A stretch of 64,000 nucleotides of DNA from an uncultured Verrucomicrobiae bacterium (GCA_963834385.1 CAWIBO010000003.1:288001-352000), one strand, 5' to 3'; numbered from the stretch's first letter, positions 21,712 through 31,774 are shown. Numbers and translations are program-made. The notes: generated from the sequence alone by a model not told the origin.

Positions 21712-23496
21712 CTACGGCCGCGCCAGGTGCACGTCGTAGCGCCGGGCTTGGGCCAGCGCCTCGTCGGCCTCGGCCGTTTTTCCCGCGGCCTGCAGATATT
21801 TTCCGAGCAGGACCCATGTTTCCGCCCGGTACCATTCGGTTTGCAGCACCTTCCTCAGTTCCCTGATGGCGGCCTCAAGGGCGCCGCCCTCGGCCAGAAC
21901 CTCGACGTAGCGTTTCTCGATGGCCCAGCTCGGCGCCCCCGTCCGCGTGGCCAGGTGCAGGCGCCGGAGATCGACCTCACCATTCTCCTGGTGCTCGATC
22001 ACGGCCAGAAGCTCGTGCCCCTGCGCTTCCACCAACGGGAGCGTGAGCGCCTTCTCCGCCAGTTCGCGCGCCCGGGCGAATTCCTTTTTCTTCAGGGCCA
22101 GGGCGGCGAGGTTGATCACGGCCAGCGGCTGATCAGGCTGCCGCCGCAGCGCCTCGTTCAGGCTCTTTTCCGCCTCGGCCAGTTTGCCCTGCTTGAGTTG
22201 AAAGCCGCCAAGATTGATCAGCATCCGGGGTGTGCCGCCTCCGTGCGCGATCGTCCGCTCGAGAAACTGCTCCTGGTCGCGCCAGTCTTCCGCGCGCAAA
22301 AAGGTGCGGCCGCCCAGGAAAAGACCCCAGGCGAGAAGGAGAAGGGAGAAAATGGTCGCGCGCACCGGGCGGGCGCGATCGAGCAGGGGAGAAAGTTGCA
22401 GAATCGCCGCGGCCAGGAAAAAAACCGCGGGCACGTAGAGCCAGTGTTCCGCCACGGTGGCATTCAGGGAATAAAGACCGCTGACGGGAAGATAGGCGAC
22501 AAGACCGAGGACAAGGCAGGCGAAAACTTCCGGGTGCCGCCGCCGGGTCCGCCAGAGCCACCATGCCAGCAGTCCCACGATGATGAAGCCGGCCAGGGTT
22601 TGCAGCTCGCGCCACGACGCCATCGTGACGCTGTCATTGCTGAACCCCCAGGGTCGCGTTTCCACATCGCGTTCCATGTGCAGGCGCAGGGGAAAAATGA
22701 GGAGGCCGGCATACTCGGCCACCGCGCGCGCCATCACCACCGGGCGGACCAGCGCCGGCATCGGATCTTTCACGGGCGGCGGAGGCACCTGCTGAGCGGC
22801 CAGGCGGAGGGAAAAATGGGCGCTGACCACGACCAAAGCCACGAGGGCGAAGGCGGGCAGGGCGCGCCATTTTCGCGCGAGGAGGGCGGCCGCGGGCCAA
22901 AGCGCAAGGAAGATGAATCCGTTCTCCTTGCTCAGCGAACTGAGGGTAAAACAAACGGCGGCTCCGGCGAGGAAAGGAGTGCGCCCGCGCGGTTGCCGCA
23001 GGCTGCGCAGCCCCAGATAAAAACCGGTGAAACCGAAAAGAGCGGCCAGCGGATCGGCCCGGCCGGCGACGTACTGGACGGCCGCGGAATGAACCGGATG
23101 AATCCCCCAAAGAAGCATGACCGCCAGCCCGATCTGCCAGCTGCGGGTCCGGGCGAGGCCGAAGAGACGGCAAAGCTCGCGCAGGGCCAGGAAGACCGAC
23201 CCGGCGGCGAGCAGATGATAAAGAATGCTGCTCAGGTGATAGCCCGCGGGGCGAAAGGCAAAGAGGGCATAATCGAGCGTGTAGCTCAGGCGCTGGATCG
23301 GCCGGTAGAAATTCGAGGCCGTCGCATCGACAAAAAGGAAATGGTTGAACGCCTCCGGCACCAGCCGCCAGCTCCGGATCAGTGGATCCCGCAGCACCAG
23401 CGCCTGGTCATCCCAGACGAAGCCATTGCGCAACGCCGGCAGATGGCAAAGAAAGATGGCCGCGAAGGCCGTCAGCAGGAAGAGGGTTCTTTTCAA
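21712..23496 (-). CDS. TMTC-like membrane glycosyltransferase with C-terminal TPR repeats
   Basis: NGFVWDD, FYRPIQ, YHLSS..YH, IHPVHSAAVQYVAGRAD, SKE, AEHWLYVP, then TPR-like helices. Confidence 0.8.
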   Translation of the reverse strand: MKRTLFLLTAFAAIFLCHLPALRNGFVWDDQALVLRDPLIRSWRLVPEAFNHFLFVDATASNFYRPIQRLSYTLDYALFAFRPAGYHLSSILYHLLAAGSVFLALRELCRLFGLARTRSWQIGLAVMLLWGIHPVHSAAVQYVAGRADPLAALFGFTGFYLGLRSLRQPRGRTPFLAGAAVCFTLSSLSKENGFIFLALWPAAALLARKWRALPAFALVALVVVSAHFSLRLAAQQVPPPPVKDPMPALVRPVVMARAVAEYAGLLIFPLRLHMERDVETRPWGFSNDSVTMASWRELQTLAGFIIVGLLAWWLWRTRRRHPEVFACLVLGLVAYLPVSGLYSLNATVAEHWLYVPAVFFLAAAILQLSPLLDRARPVRATIFSLLLLAWGLFLGGRTFLRAEDWRDQEQFLERTIAHGGGTPRMLINLGGFQLKQGKLAEAEKSLNEALRRQPDQPLAVINLAALALKKKEFARARELAEKALTLPLVEAQGHELLAVIEHQENGEVDLRRLHLATRTGAPSWAIEKRYVEVLAEGGALEAAIRELRKVLQTEWYRAETWVLLGKYLQAAGKTAEADEALAQARRYDVHLARP

Positions 23497-23543
23497 TTTC
23501 GAGTTCTGTTGGACAGGCGGGACAACCTGCGCGTCTTAATGTG

Positions 23544-24299
23544 ATGACCTTTCGGACCTGCCTCATCTATCTCGCTCTGCTGCTGGTGTCGAGCAGCGCG
23601 CCGGGCGCCGGAGTCCCGGCCGGTTGCGAGCAGTTGATCGTTTCCATCGCCCCGGACTGGGATTCGTTCACCGGCCGGCTGCAGAGATTTGAGCGGCGCC
23701 GCGGCGGCCCATGGCGCCCGGTGGGCCCGGCGGTGCCTGTGCTCTACGGCAGCAAGGGACTCGCCTGGGGCACCGGGATCGCCGGCCAGGACGAAGCCGG
23801 ACCACGCAAAGTCGAACGCGATAAACGCGCGCCCGCCGGCCTTTTTGCCATTGGCCGCATCTTCACCTACGACAGCGCCCTGCCCGAGGGCGCCGATTTT
23901 CCTTTTCACCAGGTGACCACCCGCGACGCCTGGGTCGATGACCCGGCGCATCCCCGCTACAACCAGTTCCTCCAGATCGATGACCCGTCGAATCCGCCGC
24001 CCTGGTTCGAGAAACAAAAAATGCGGCACAACGATTTCGCCTATCGCTGGCTGATCGAGGTCCGCCACAATTCCGATCCGCCTGTGGCCGGCGCCGGCAG
24101 CGCCATCTTCTTTCACATCCGGCGCGGCGTGAAACGGCCCACCGCGGGATGCACCACCATGAAGGAGTCCGATCTGGTTTCGCTCATCCGCTGGCTGCGC
24201 GCGCCGAAGAATCCGGTTTACGCGCTTCTCCCGGCCGGGGAATACCGCCGCAAATGGCAGGCCTGGGATCTCCCGCCGCCCGCCGTCGCCCCGTTCTAA
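23544..24299 (+). CDS. L,D-transpeptidase family protein
   Basis: KVERDKRAPAG, WVDDP, GSAIFFHI...PTAGC; signal peptide. Confidence 0.85.
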   Translation: MTFRTCLIYLALLLVSSSAPGAGVPAGCEQLIVSIAPDWDSFTGRLQRFERRRGGPWRPVGPAVPVLYGSKGLAWGTGIAGQDEAGPRKVERDKRAPAGLFAIGRIFTYDSALPEGADFPFHQVTTRDAWVDDPAHPRYNQFLQIDDPSNPPPWFEKQKMRHNDFAYRWLIEVRHNSDPPVAGAGSAIFFHIRRGVKRPTAGCTTMKESDLVSLIRWLRAPKNPVYALLPAGEYRRKWQAWDLPPPAVAPF

Positions 24300-25662
24300 T
24301 CCCCGGAAGTTTCCGCGCCGCGGGGGCGGCGTCGCGGTTTCGCAGGGTCTTCCAGCATTCAAGGAATCCCGGCGCAAATTCATGCGGCCGCGCTTCCGTC
24401 CAGCGGTCGACCAGGTCCGGCGGGAAGAAATCGCCCAGCTCGATCTCCGACGGGGGGAGCACAAACGGCCCGTCGCTTTTGCCACGGTATATCCGGATAA
24501 ACTCCATCCCGGTTTTCTCCGAGGCGGGCAGCGCGCCCGCAGACTCGAGCGGGGTCTCGATCCCCAGCTCCTCCTGCAGCTCCCGCGCGGCCGCCTCGTC
24601 ATATTCCTCCCCGGCATCCACATGCCCCGCCGCGCTGGAATCCCAGACTCCCGGGTGCCGGTCCTTCCAGGGCGATCTTTTTTGCAGGAAGAGGTCGCCG
24701 TTCGCCCGGAAAAGGAGGATGTGCACGGCCCGGTGCCGCAAGTTATCCCCATGCACCTGCGCGCGCGGGGCCGCCCCGGTCACCCGGTCATTTTCGTCGA
24801 CCACGACGAACCGTTCCTCCGCGCGGCTCTTCTCCGTGGCGATGGCTTCCCGCATGCGAAAAGCGGCCAGGGCAATCCACTGGGAAAGACTCAATTCCTC
24901 CGCTCGCGCCGTCGCGGAGCAACCCACGAGGGCGGCCGCTTCCTCCCAGCCCGGGATCTCCTCGCGCAAAAGTTTTTGCAGTTGCTTGCGCCGCTGGGAA
25001 AACCCGGCGCGCACCAGCCGCGCAAAGGTTCCATGGTCGCAGGCCGGCAGTTCTCCGGGAGCGCGCGGCGTCAGCTCGACCAGGCCGGAATCGACTTCGG
25101 GTTGCGGCAGAAAAACGGAAGGGGAAACCGTGCGCAAAAATTTTACGCGATAGTGCAACTGCACCATGAGGGAGAGCGCGCCGTAATCCTGCGAGCCCGG
25201 CGCCGCCGCGAGACGCAACGCCATCTCCTTCTGTAACATGAACAACGCGTGCGAGATATAACTTGGATATCCGGCGAAGCGAAAAAGCAGCGGCGTGGCG
25301 ATGTAGTAGGGAAGGTTGCCCAGGCAAATGACGCGCTTCTCCGCCAGCAACGCTTTCGGGTCGTAGTCGAGCGCGTCGCCGTGCACCACGCTGAAAGATT
25401 TTTCGCCAAATTTTTCCTGTAGAAATTTTGCCAGTCGCCCGTCTTTCTCGAGCGCAAGGACTTTGGCTCCTTTCTCCAGGATAAACTCCGTCAGCGCCCC
25501 GAGGCCGGGCCCAATTTCCAGAACGAAATCGCCCGGGCCGACCCCGGCGTGCTCGACGATCCAGCGGGCCAGATTTTGATCATGCAGAAAATTCTGGCCC
25601 AGCGTTTTGACCGGGCGGACCTCGATTTGGCGCAGGGTGGCTTCAATCTCGGACAGTTTCAT
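24184..25662 (-). CDS. rsmA: 16S rRNA dimethyltransferase fused to a C-terminal NUDIX hydrolase; true stop may be near 24296
   Basis: LGQNFL, VLEIGPGLG, GNLPYYI, MLQKE, FSQRRKQL, RAEELS; then Nudix box GHVDAGEEYDEAAARELQEELGI. Confidence 0.92.
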   Translation of the reverse strand: MKLSEIEATLRQIEVRPVKTLGQNFLHDQNLARWIVEHAGVGPGDFVLEIGPGLGALTEFILEKGAKVLALEKDGRLAKFLQEKFGEKSFSVVHGDALDYDPKALLAEKRVICLGNLPYYIATPLLFRFAGYPSYISHALFMLQKEMALRLAAAPGSQDYGALSLMVQLHYRVKFLRTVSPSVFLPQPEVDSGLVELTPRAPGELPACDHGTFARLVRAGFSQRRKQLQKLLREEIPGWEEAAALVGCSATARAEELSLSQWIALAAFRMREAIATEKSRAEERFVVVDENDRVTGAAPRAQVHGDNLRHRAVHILLFRANGDLFLQKRSPWKDRHPGVWDSSAAGHVDAGEEYDEAAARELQEELGIETPLESAGALPASEKTGMEFIRIYRGKSDGPFVLPPSEIELGDFFPPDLVDRWTEARPHEFAPGFLECWKTLRNRDAAPAARKLPGIRTGRRRAAGDPRPAICGGIPRPGEARKPDSSARAASG

Positions 25663-25698
25663 GGCGGCGACGCCGGCTGGTCCCGGATGGGCAGGGCG

Positions 25699-25762
25699 TT
25701 GTTCACAATTTTGTGTGAACAATCCTCCCCGGAACGGACGATTTCTTCACAAGTTATTCACA
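25699..25762. promoter_or_regulatory. Cluster of four DnaA-box-like 9-mers upstream of rsmA
   Basis: TTGTTCACA 25699, inverted TGTGAACAA 25714, TTCTTCACA 25743, TTATTCACA 25754. Confidence 0.65.
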
Positions 25763-26945
25763 GGCGATCGACCGTTCCCTCTTTGCGGGTCGGGTTGCGC
25801 CCGGGGAGGGCGTGCCGGGGCGCCTTTTTCCGGCTCTTGAGATAGGTGCGGCGCGCGTCCTGCAGGGTCAGGTTCTCGATGAAATAGGCGATGGCCGCGC
25901 GCCCGAGCCCGTAGGTGCCGGCCCCCGCGACCATGCCCGAGACCACGTTCCCCCAGCCGGGGAACACCTTGAGAATGGCCCGGGCGCCTTCCCGCAGGAG
26001 CATCCCGGCGCCCACGTTGACCCCAAGGGCGGCAAGGAACTCGGTGGCCGCGCGGAGGCTGCGCTCGCGGCCGCTCAATTGCATGATGCCCGAGACCATC
26101 ACGAGCTGAAGCGTGGTCAGGACCGGCAGGTCGGCGAGCGGAATCGGCTGCGCGCCAATGGCTGCGCAAATCGCGGAGGTCGATTTGACCAGGGTCTGCG
26201 CAATCTGGACCTGCGCGGTCCGGTCGCGCATGACCCGGATCATTTCGACGCGGGCCTGGTTCGGAACATGTTCGATCAGGAGCCCGGCCAGCGTCGAGGG
26301 CGTGCTGTCATCGTCGGGCGGAGCGGGGAAAAGCGGCGCCTCCACCACACCAAGAAGATGTTCACCCAACGGCGCCCGATCGATCAGCGCGGCCTGCAAC
26401 CTGTCCAGGCGTTCCGCTGCCGACGTGTGCGCGCGCTGGCCGTTGCCGCGCGGGTCCGCCGGCGGTTGTGTCACGATTCCCACCACGCCGGCCGGGTGGC
26501 TGTTCCGCTTCAGGAGCACGGCCAGGTTCTCCAGCTCCGCCTTTCGCGAAGGCCTGGCCACTTCGCCATCCTCCACGAAAAGGAAAAGATCGGCCGGGCG
26601 GGTCTGGAGCGCGCCGGTGATTTTGTCCAGCGCCCCGGTGTCGGCCCCGCGCGCATCCAGCACGGCGAGGAGGCCATTGTTCCCGAGGGAAAGTTCCTGC
26701 CAGCGAAAAATTTCCAGGAGAAGATCGCGATACCGTTCCACCGGCGCGGCGGTGACGGCATGGAGGAGGTCCTGGAGCGGGAGCTTGCCGGGGCCGACCA
26801 GGACCAGCCGGGCGGCGCGTTGTTCCAGGAAAAGTTCCTTGAGCGGCGTCAGCTCGCGCAGGACCGGCTTCTGGATTGAGTCCGGCAATTTGCCCATGAA
26901 GCCTTCCAGTTTCTGGACGATGTGCAGGAGAAGGGATTGGTTCAT
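25758..26945 (-). CDS. Degenerate GTPase-like N-terminus plus DUF697/YcjF-like C-terminal domain
   Basis: AIGAQPIPLADLPVLTTLQ, KVFPGWGNVVSGMVAGAGTYGLG; eroded P-loop RLVLVGPGK and G3-like LDARG. Confidence 0.65.
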   Translation of the reverse strand: MNQSLLLHIVQKLEGFMGKLPDSIQKPVLRELTPLKELFLEQRAARLVLVGPGKLPLQDLLHAVTAAPVERYRDLLLEIFRWQELSLGNNGLLAVLDARGADTGALDKITGALQTRPADLFLFVEDGEVARPSRKAELENLAVLLKRNSHPAGVVGIVTQPPADPRGNGQRAHTSAAERLDRLQAALIDRAPLGEHLLGVVEAPLFPAPPDDDSTPSTLAGLLIEHVPNQARVEMIRVMRDRTAQVQIAQTLVKSTSAICAAIGAQPIPLADLPVLTTLQLVMVSGIMQLSGRERSLRAATEFLAALGVNVGAGMLLREGARAILKVFPGWGNVVSGMVAGAGTYGLGRAAIAYFIENLTLQDARRTYLKSRKKAPRHALPGRNPTRKEGTVDRL

Positions 26946-27048
26946 GGGCGGGCTTCCCCATCACTCCGTTTTCTTGGGGCGGAATGCAAATCGCGCGGCG
27001 TCGGAAAACGCGTCGACTTTGCCGCCAGTTTTCCGATAGTGGCTGACG

Positions 27049-29034
27049 ATGAAGCTGAACGTCGAAATTCTCTCGCGCGCGGCCAACGAAGCCCGCGGCC
27101 TCGCCATGGATGCGGTGCACACGTCGAAATCGGGGCATCTCGGTCTTCCGCTGGGGTGCGCCGAGATGGGCGCGGTCCTTTACGGGAACTTGCTCCAGCA
27201 TAACCCCGACAAACCGCGCTGGATCGGCCGCGATTATCTCGTCCTCTCGGCCGGGCACGGCAGCATGTTTCTCTACGCCTGGCTCCACCTCAGCGGCTAC
27301 GACCTTTCGCTCGACGACCTCCGGGCCTTTCGCCAGCTCCATAGCAAGACACCGGGTCACCCGGAATTTTTTGAAACGCCCGGGGTTGAATGCACCACCG
27401 GTCCGCTTGGCCAGGGCGTCGGCAACGCCGTCGGCATTGCCATGGCGGCAAAAATGGCCGCCGCCCGCTTCAACACCGCGGAACACCCGATCTTCGATCA
27501 GCACGTCTTTTGTCTGGCCGGCGATGGCTGCATGCAGGAAGGCGTGGCCGCGGAGGCGAGCGCCTTTGCCGGTCATTTCGGCCTCGATAACCTGATCCTG
27601 ATTTATGATTCGAACGCCGTCACGCTCGACGCCATGGCCGCGGCCACGCAGAGCGAGGACACGGGCAAGCGCTATCAGGCCTACGGGTTTGACGTCCAGA
27701 AAGTGGACGGCGCCGACATGCCCGCTTTTCTCCGCGCGCTGAAGAAGGCGAAGGGGCGGGACAACGGGAAACCGCAGCTCATCATCGCGCAGACGCTCAT
27801 CGGGAAAGGCATCCCGGAAGTTTCCGGCACGGCCAAGGCGCACGGCGAGAGCGGCGCCAAGTTTGTCGATGAGGCCCGGCGAAACCTCGGCCTGCCCGAC
27901 GAGAAATATTTCGTCTCGGGGGAGGTCCGCGAATATTTCGCGAAGCACAAAAAAGCGCTGCTCCGGCAGTATAAAAAATGGGAACGCGGTTACGAAGCCT
28001 GGCGGGCGAACAATCCGGAACTGGCCCGGCAGCTCGACGACGCCATTGAGAAGAAGGTGCCGGGCGACCTGTCCGGGCGAATCCCGTCCTTTCCCTCCGA
28101 TGCCAAACTGGCCACGCGCAAGGCGGGCGGCGAAGTCCTCCAGCCGATCGCGCAGGCCCTCCCGCTGCTCATCAGCGGCAGCGCCGACCTGCATGGTTCC
28201 ACCCTGAATTACATCGACGAGGGCGGGGATTTTTCGCGCGAGAACCCGAAAGGCCGCAACATCCGTTACGGCATCCGCGAACATGGCATGTGCGCCATCA
28301 TGAACGGCGTGGCCTACCACGGCATCTTTCGCGCGAGCGGCGCCACCTTCCTCGTCTTTTCCGATTATTGCCGCGCCTCCATCCGCCTGGCGGCGCTCTC
28401 GAAGCTCCCGAACATCTACATCTTCACGCATGACTCCGTTGGCGTCGGCGAGGATGGTCCCACCCATGAGCCGGTCGAGACGGTCAGCGCGCTGCGTTTG
28501 ATTCCGCAGCTGGATGTCATTCGCCCGGCCGATCCCGAGGAAACGGCAGCGGCTTTCGTCGCGGCGGCGGAGCGGACCGACGGGCCGACCCTGCTTTCGC
28601 TTACGCGCCAGGCCGTGCCGAACCTGAACGAGATTGAGGTGGAAACACGGCGCGAAGGCGTTCGGCGGGGCGGTTACATCGCGCGCCGGGAGACCGGCGA
28701 ACTCGATCTCATCCTTCTTTCCTGCGGAAGCGAGTTGCAGCACGCGCTCGCGGCCGCGCGGGAGCTGGGCGGGGGGACCCGCGTCGTTTCCCTGCCTTGC
28801 TTCGAGCGCTTTGCCCGGCAGTCAGACGATTACCGCGAGGAGGTTCTGCCGAAAGCCTGCCGGAAACGGGTGGCGATCGAGGCGGGTGTGCCGCAGCTCT
28901 GGCGGCAGTTTGTCGGCCTCGACGGCCGGGTGATCGGCCTCGAGCGTTTCGGCCTGAGCGCCCCGGGCGACGTGGTCATGCAGGAGCTGGGCATCACCGC
29001 GGCCAGCGTGATCGAGGCGGCGCGCAGCCTTTGA
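27049..29034 (+). CDS. tkt: Transketolase
   Basis: [54 protein letters not shown]. Confidence 0.97.
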   Translation: MKLNVEILSRAANEARGLAMDAVHTSKSGHLGLPLGCAEMGAVLYGNLLQHNPDKPRWIGRDYLVLSAGHGSMFLYAWLHLSGYDLSLDDLRAFRQLHSKTPGHPEFFETPGVECTTGPLGQGVGNAVGIAMAAKMAAARFNTAEHPIFDQHVFCLAGDGCMQEGVAAEASAFAGHFGLDNLILIYDSNAVTLDAMAAATQSEDTGKRYQAYGFDVQKVDGADMPAFLRALKKAKGRDNGKPQLIIAQTLIGKGIPEVSGTAKAHGESGAKFVDEARRNLGLPDEKYFVSGEVREYFAKHKKALLRQYKKWERGYEAWRANNPELARQLDDAIEKKVPGDLSGRIPSFPSDAKLATRKAGGEVLQPIAQALPLLISGSADLHGSTLNYIDEGGDFSRENPKGRNIRYGIREHGMCAIMNGVAYHGIFRASGATFLVFSDYCRASIRLAALSKLPNIYIFTHDSVGVGEDGPTHEPVETVSALRLIPQLDVIRPADPEETAAAFVAAAERTDGPTLLSLTRQAVPNLNEIEVETRREGVRRGGYIARRETGELDLILLSCGSELQHALAAARELGGGTRVVSLPCFERFARQSDDYREEVLPKACRKRVAIEAGVPQLWRQFVGLDGRVIGLERFGLSAPGDVVMQELGITAASVIEAARSL

Positions 29035-29061
29035 TTCTCCATGCCGGCAGGGTTCCGGGGT

Positions 29062-29505
29062 TTAGAGACTCTTGATAAAACAGACGTTGCGCCCGACCTC
29101 GCGAAAACCGGTCGCGAGATGCGCCCGGATGGAATGTGTGTTTGCGCTCTCCGCGTCGCTGCCCAGCTCGCGGTAGCCAAGGTCCCGGGCCCAATCTTCT
29201 GCGGCGCGCAAGAGAGCGCGCCCCACGCCGCGGCCGCGAAACTCCGCTTCCACATACCAGCCTTCGAGATAGGGAACGGGCGAGGCGGCGCTTCCCTCCA
29301 CCGGATCGTTTCGCACCACGACCTCCGCGAAACCGCAGGGCCGGTCCCCGGCCCGGGCCAGCAAAACAACGGTATCCGGCTTTTCGTAAAAGGCTTTTTC
29401 GAGGGCGTGACGCTCGGGCGGACATTCCGGCCAAAGCTCATGGCGCATCCGCGCCCAGTCGTCCTGGTCCTTCTCGCGCAGCGGGGTCACCGAGATCTCG
29501 GACAT
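29062..29505 (-). CDS. GNAT acetyltransferase, aminoglycoside 6'-N-acetyltransferase (AAC(6')-I)-like
   Basis: WARMRHELWP, GFAE..RND.VEG...PVPYLEGWYV, ELGSDA..N..S..AH...GF.E....CFIKSL. Confidence 0.8.
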   Translation of the reverse strand: MSEISVTPLREKDQDDWARMRHELWPECPPERHALEKAFYEKPDTVVLLARAGDRPCGFAEVVVRNDPVEGSAASPVPYLEGWYVEAEFRGRGVGRALLRAAEDWARDLGYRELGSDAESANTHSIRAHLATGFREVGRNVCFIKSL

Positions 29506-29615
29506 GGCCCGATGATGACGCGGAAGCGCCGGAGAGGCAACGGCGTTGCCGCCACCCTGGGGTCTCTCAGGAGAACCGGCGCCAGGCCGGGGCGTTCCTG
29601 AGAGATGAAACTCGA

Positions 29616-31107
29616 TCAGTTCGGCTCTGAGCCGGACCGGGCGCGGTCCTCGAACCGGGTGAATTCCTTCAGGAAAGTGAGCGGCACTTCGCCGACCGGG
29701 CCGTTGCGCTGTTTCGCGATGATCAGCTCGGCTTCGCCCGCTTTTTCCGCGCGCGCTTCCTCGTCCTCCTCGTAGACTTCAGGCCGCACGAGCAGGCCCG
29801 ACCAGGTCGGCGTCCTGCTCGATTGAACCCGATTCGCGCAGGTCGCTCAGGCGCGGTTTGCCGCCGGAGCGGGCTTCCGGCTGGCGATTCAACTGCGCCA
29901 GGACGATGACCGGCAGTTTCAATTCCTTGGCGATCCCCTTGAGGCCCGCGGAGATTTCCGAAATTTCGAGCTGCCGGTTTTCCTGCGCGCGCCGGGTGGT
30001 CGAGCGGAGAAGCTGGAGATAATCGACCACGATAAGCCGGATCCCGTGCTGGAGTTTCAGCCGGCGCGCCTTGGCCCGCAGTTCCAGGATGCTCAGGCCG
30101 GCGGTGTCATCGATGAAGATTTTGGCCTCGGCCAGTTTGGAGGCGGCGGTGGTGAGGCTGGGAAAATCGCGTTCGGCCAGGAAGCCTTCGCGCACCTTTT
30201 GCAGGTTCACCCGGGCGCGCGAGCAGAGAAGGCGTTGCACGAGCTGCTGGCTGCTCATTTCGAGCGAGAAAACCGCCACCGGCAGCCGGCCGGCGATGGC
30301 GACATGCTCGGCAATGTTCATCGCCAGCGCGGTCTTGCCCATGCTCGGCCGGGCCGCGATCACCACCATCTCGGCGTCGTGCAACCCGTTGGTCATGCGG
30401 TCGAGCTCGGTGAACCCGGTGGAAATGCCGGTGATGCCGCCCTGGCGCTCGTAAAGTTTCTCGATCGACTCGATCGCCTCCATCACCTGGTCCTTCATCG
30501 AGGGCATCTCGCCTTTGAAGCGGTCTTCCCCCACGGCCATGATCTTTTGTTCCACCTCGTCGAGCAGGAGATTGACCTCGTCCTGTTCCTCGTAGGCGCG
30601 GCGGACGCTTTCCGTCGCGGCCAGGATGATCTGGCGGAGGATGTACTTGTCGCGGACGATCTCGAGGTAATAGCCGACGTTCGCGGAGGTCGGGACAAAG
30701 GTGAAAAGGCTGGTGACGAAGGCAGGCCCGCCCACGGCGTCGAGCAGGTTCCGGTCGCGCAGGACCTGGGTGAAGGTGATCAGGTCAATGCCCTGGCCCG
30801 CGTTCCAGAGTTCGACCATGGTGTCGAAGATCGTCTGGTGGGCCGGGATATAGAAATAATCCGCCGTAATCTTTTCCACGCACTCCGCGATGACTTCGCG
30901 GGGGGAGATGAGCATGGAACCGAGGACGCCCTGCTCCGCCTCGGGGCTGTGCGGCGGCGTCCGGTGAATATCCTGTGCAGAACCTGTGGATGAGCTGGGA
31001 AAAACTCTCCCGCCATTCGGGCCGGCCGAGCCTCGGGCGGCCCCGTTATCCTTCGGGGCTGTCTTGCGAGGCCTCTCAGGATTGCTCCCTTGAGGATCTC
31101 TCGGCAT
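29616..31107 (-). CDS. dnaB: Replicative DNA helicase; frameshift near 29797
   Basis: PPHSPEAEQGVLG, AARPSMGKT, FSLEMS, VDYLQL, SDLRESGSIEQDAD; other frame continues AELIIAKQRNGPVG to TGA at 29616. Confidence 0.96.
30963..31004 (-). promoter_or_regulatory. Phased DnaA-box-like array inside the dnaB 5' region
   Basis: Minus-strand 9-mers ATATTCACC, TTCTGCACA, TCATCCACA, TTTTTCCCA at 30963/30974/30985/30996 (11-bp period). Confidence 0.5.
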
Positions 31108-31632
31108 TTATTTCTTCCTGAAAAAGCCTCTCTTCGGGGCGCTTTCTTCTTCGACGGGTTCTTCGGTCTTCGGTTCCGCGGCCGACTTGACCTGGAACCG
31201 CAAAGTGGTGGGCACCTCGGAGTGCAGCTTGATCGTGACCTCGTGGTCGCCCGTGCTCTTGATCGGGTGTTCCAGCACGATCTTGTGACGGTCGATGTCG
31301 TAGCCGGTCTCGTTTTTCAGGCGGTTGACGATGTCCTGGGCCGTGACCGAGCCGAAAGCCTTGCCGGTCTCACCCGTCTCGAGGGTGAAAACCATCTTGG
31401 TTTTGCCGATGCGGCGGCTCATTTCCTCCGCCTCGTTCAATTCGCGCGCTTCGCGTTCGGCTCGCTTGGCTTTAAGCTGGTCGAGCTTGCGCAGGGCGGC
31501 CGGCGTGACCTCGAAGGCTTTGCCATGGGGCAGCAGATAATTGCGGGCGTAACCGCGGCGGACTTTGACCACATCAGCCTCGGCGCCGAGGCCGGGGATG
31601 TTTTCGGTAAGGATAAGATCGGTGGAAGGCAT
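31108..31632 (-). CDS. rplI: 50S ribosomal protein L9
   Basis: LGAEADVVKVRRGYARNYLLP, GKAFGSVT, PIKSTG.HEV.IKLH. Confidence 0.97.
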   Translation of the reverse strand: MPSTDLILTENIPGLGAEADVVKVRRGYARNYLLPHGKAFEVTPAALRKLDQLKAKRAEREARELNEAEEMSRRIGKTKMVFTLETGETGKAFGSVTAQDIVNRLKNETGYDIDRHKIVLEHPIKSTGDHEVTIKLHSEVPTTLRFQVKSAAEPKTEEPVEEESAPKRGFFRKK

Positions 31633-31669
31633 AAGAAAACCCGCGCGGGCGACCGCAGGCGGGAGGGGG

Positions 31670-31697
31670 ATTATAGAAGGTGGTGCCGCGCTGTCAA
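31670..31697 (-). promoter_or_regulatory. Consensus sigma70 promoter for rplI-dnaB
   Basis: Minus strand TTGACA (31697-31692), 16 nt, TATAAT (31675-31670). Confidence 0.8.
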
Positions 31698-31774
31698 ACG
31701 CACCGAAACAAAGAACAGACAGCCGCCACCAACGCCTTTTTCAACCTTCATGCGCCTAATCGCTTAAACGTCCC

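Noticed and set aside
24350..24830. IPP isomerase (idi) supplying hopanoid synthesis
   Set aside because: The catalytic Cys position reads SSAAGH; better called a generic NUDIX.
25690..25770. Chromosomal oriC
   Set aside because: The spacer is under 100 bp with no clear AT-rich unwinding element and no dnaA/dnaN nearby. Kept only as a DnaA-site cluster; GC skew would settle it.
29780..29810. Programmed frameshift, intein or pseudogene in dnaB
   Set aside because: No slippery site or insertion; both halves are intact, so this is a probable sequencing indel.
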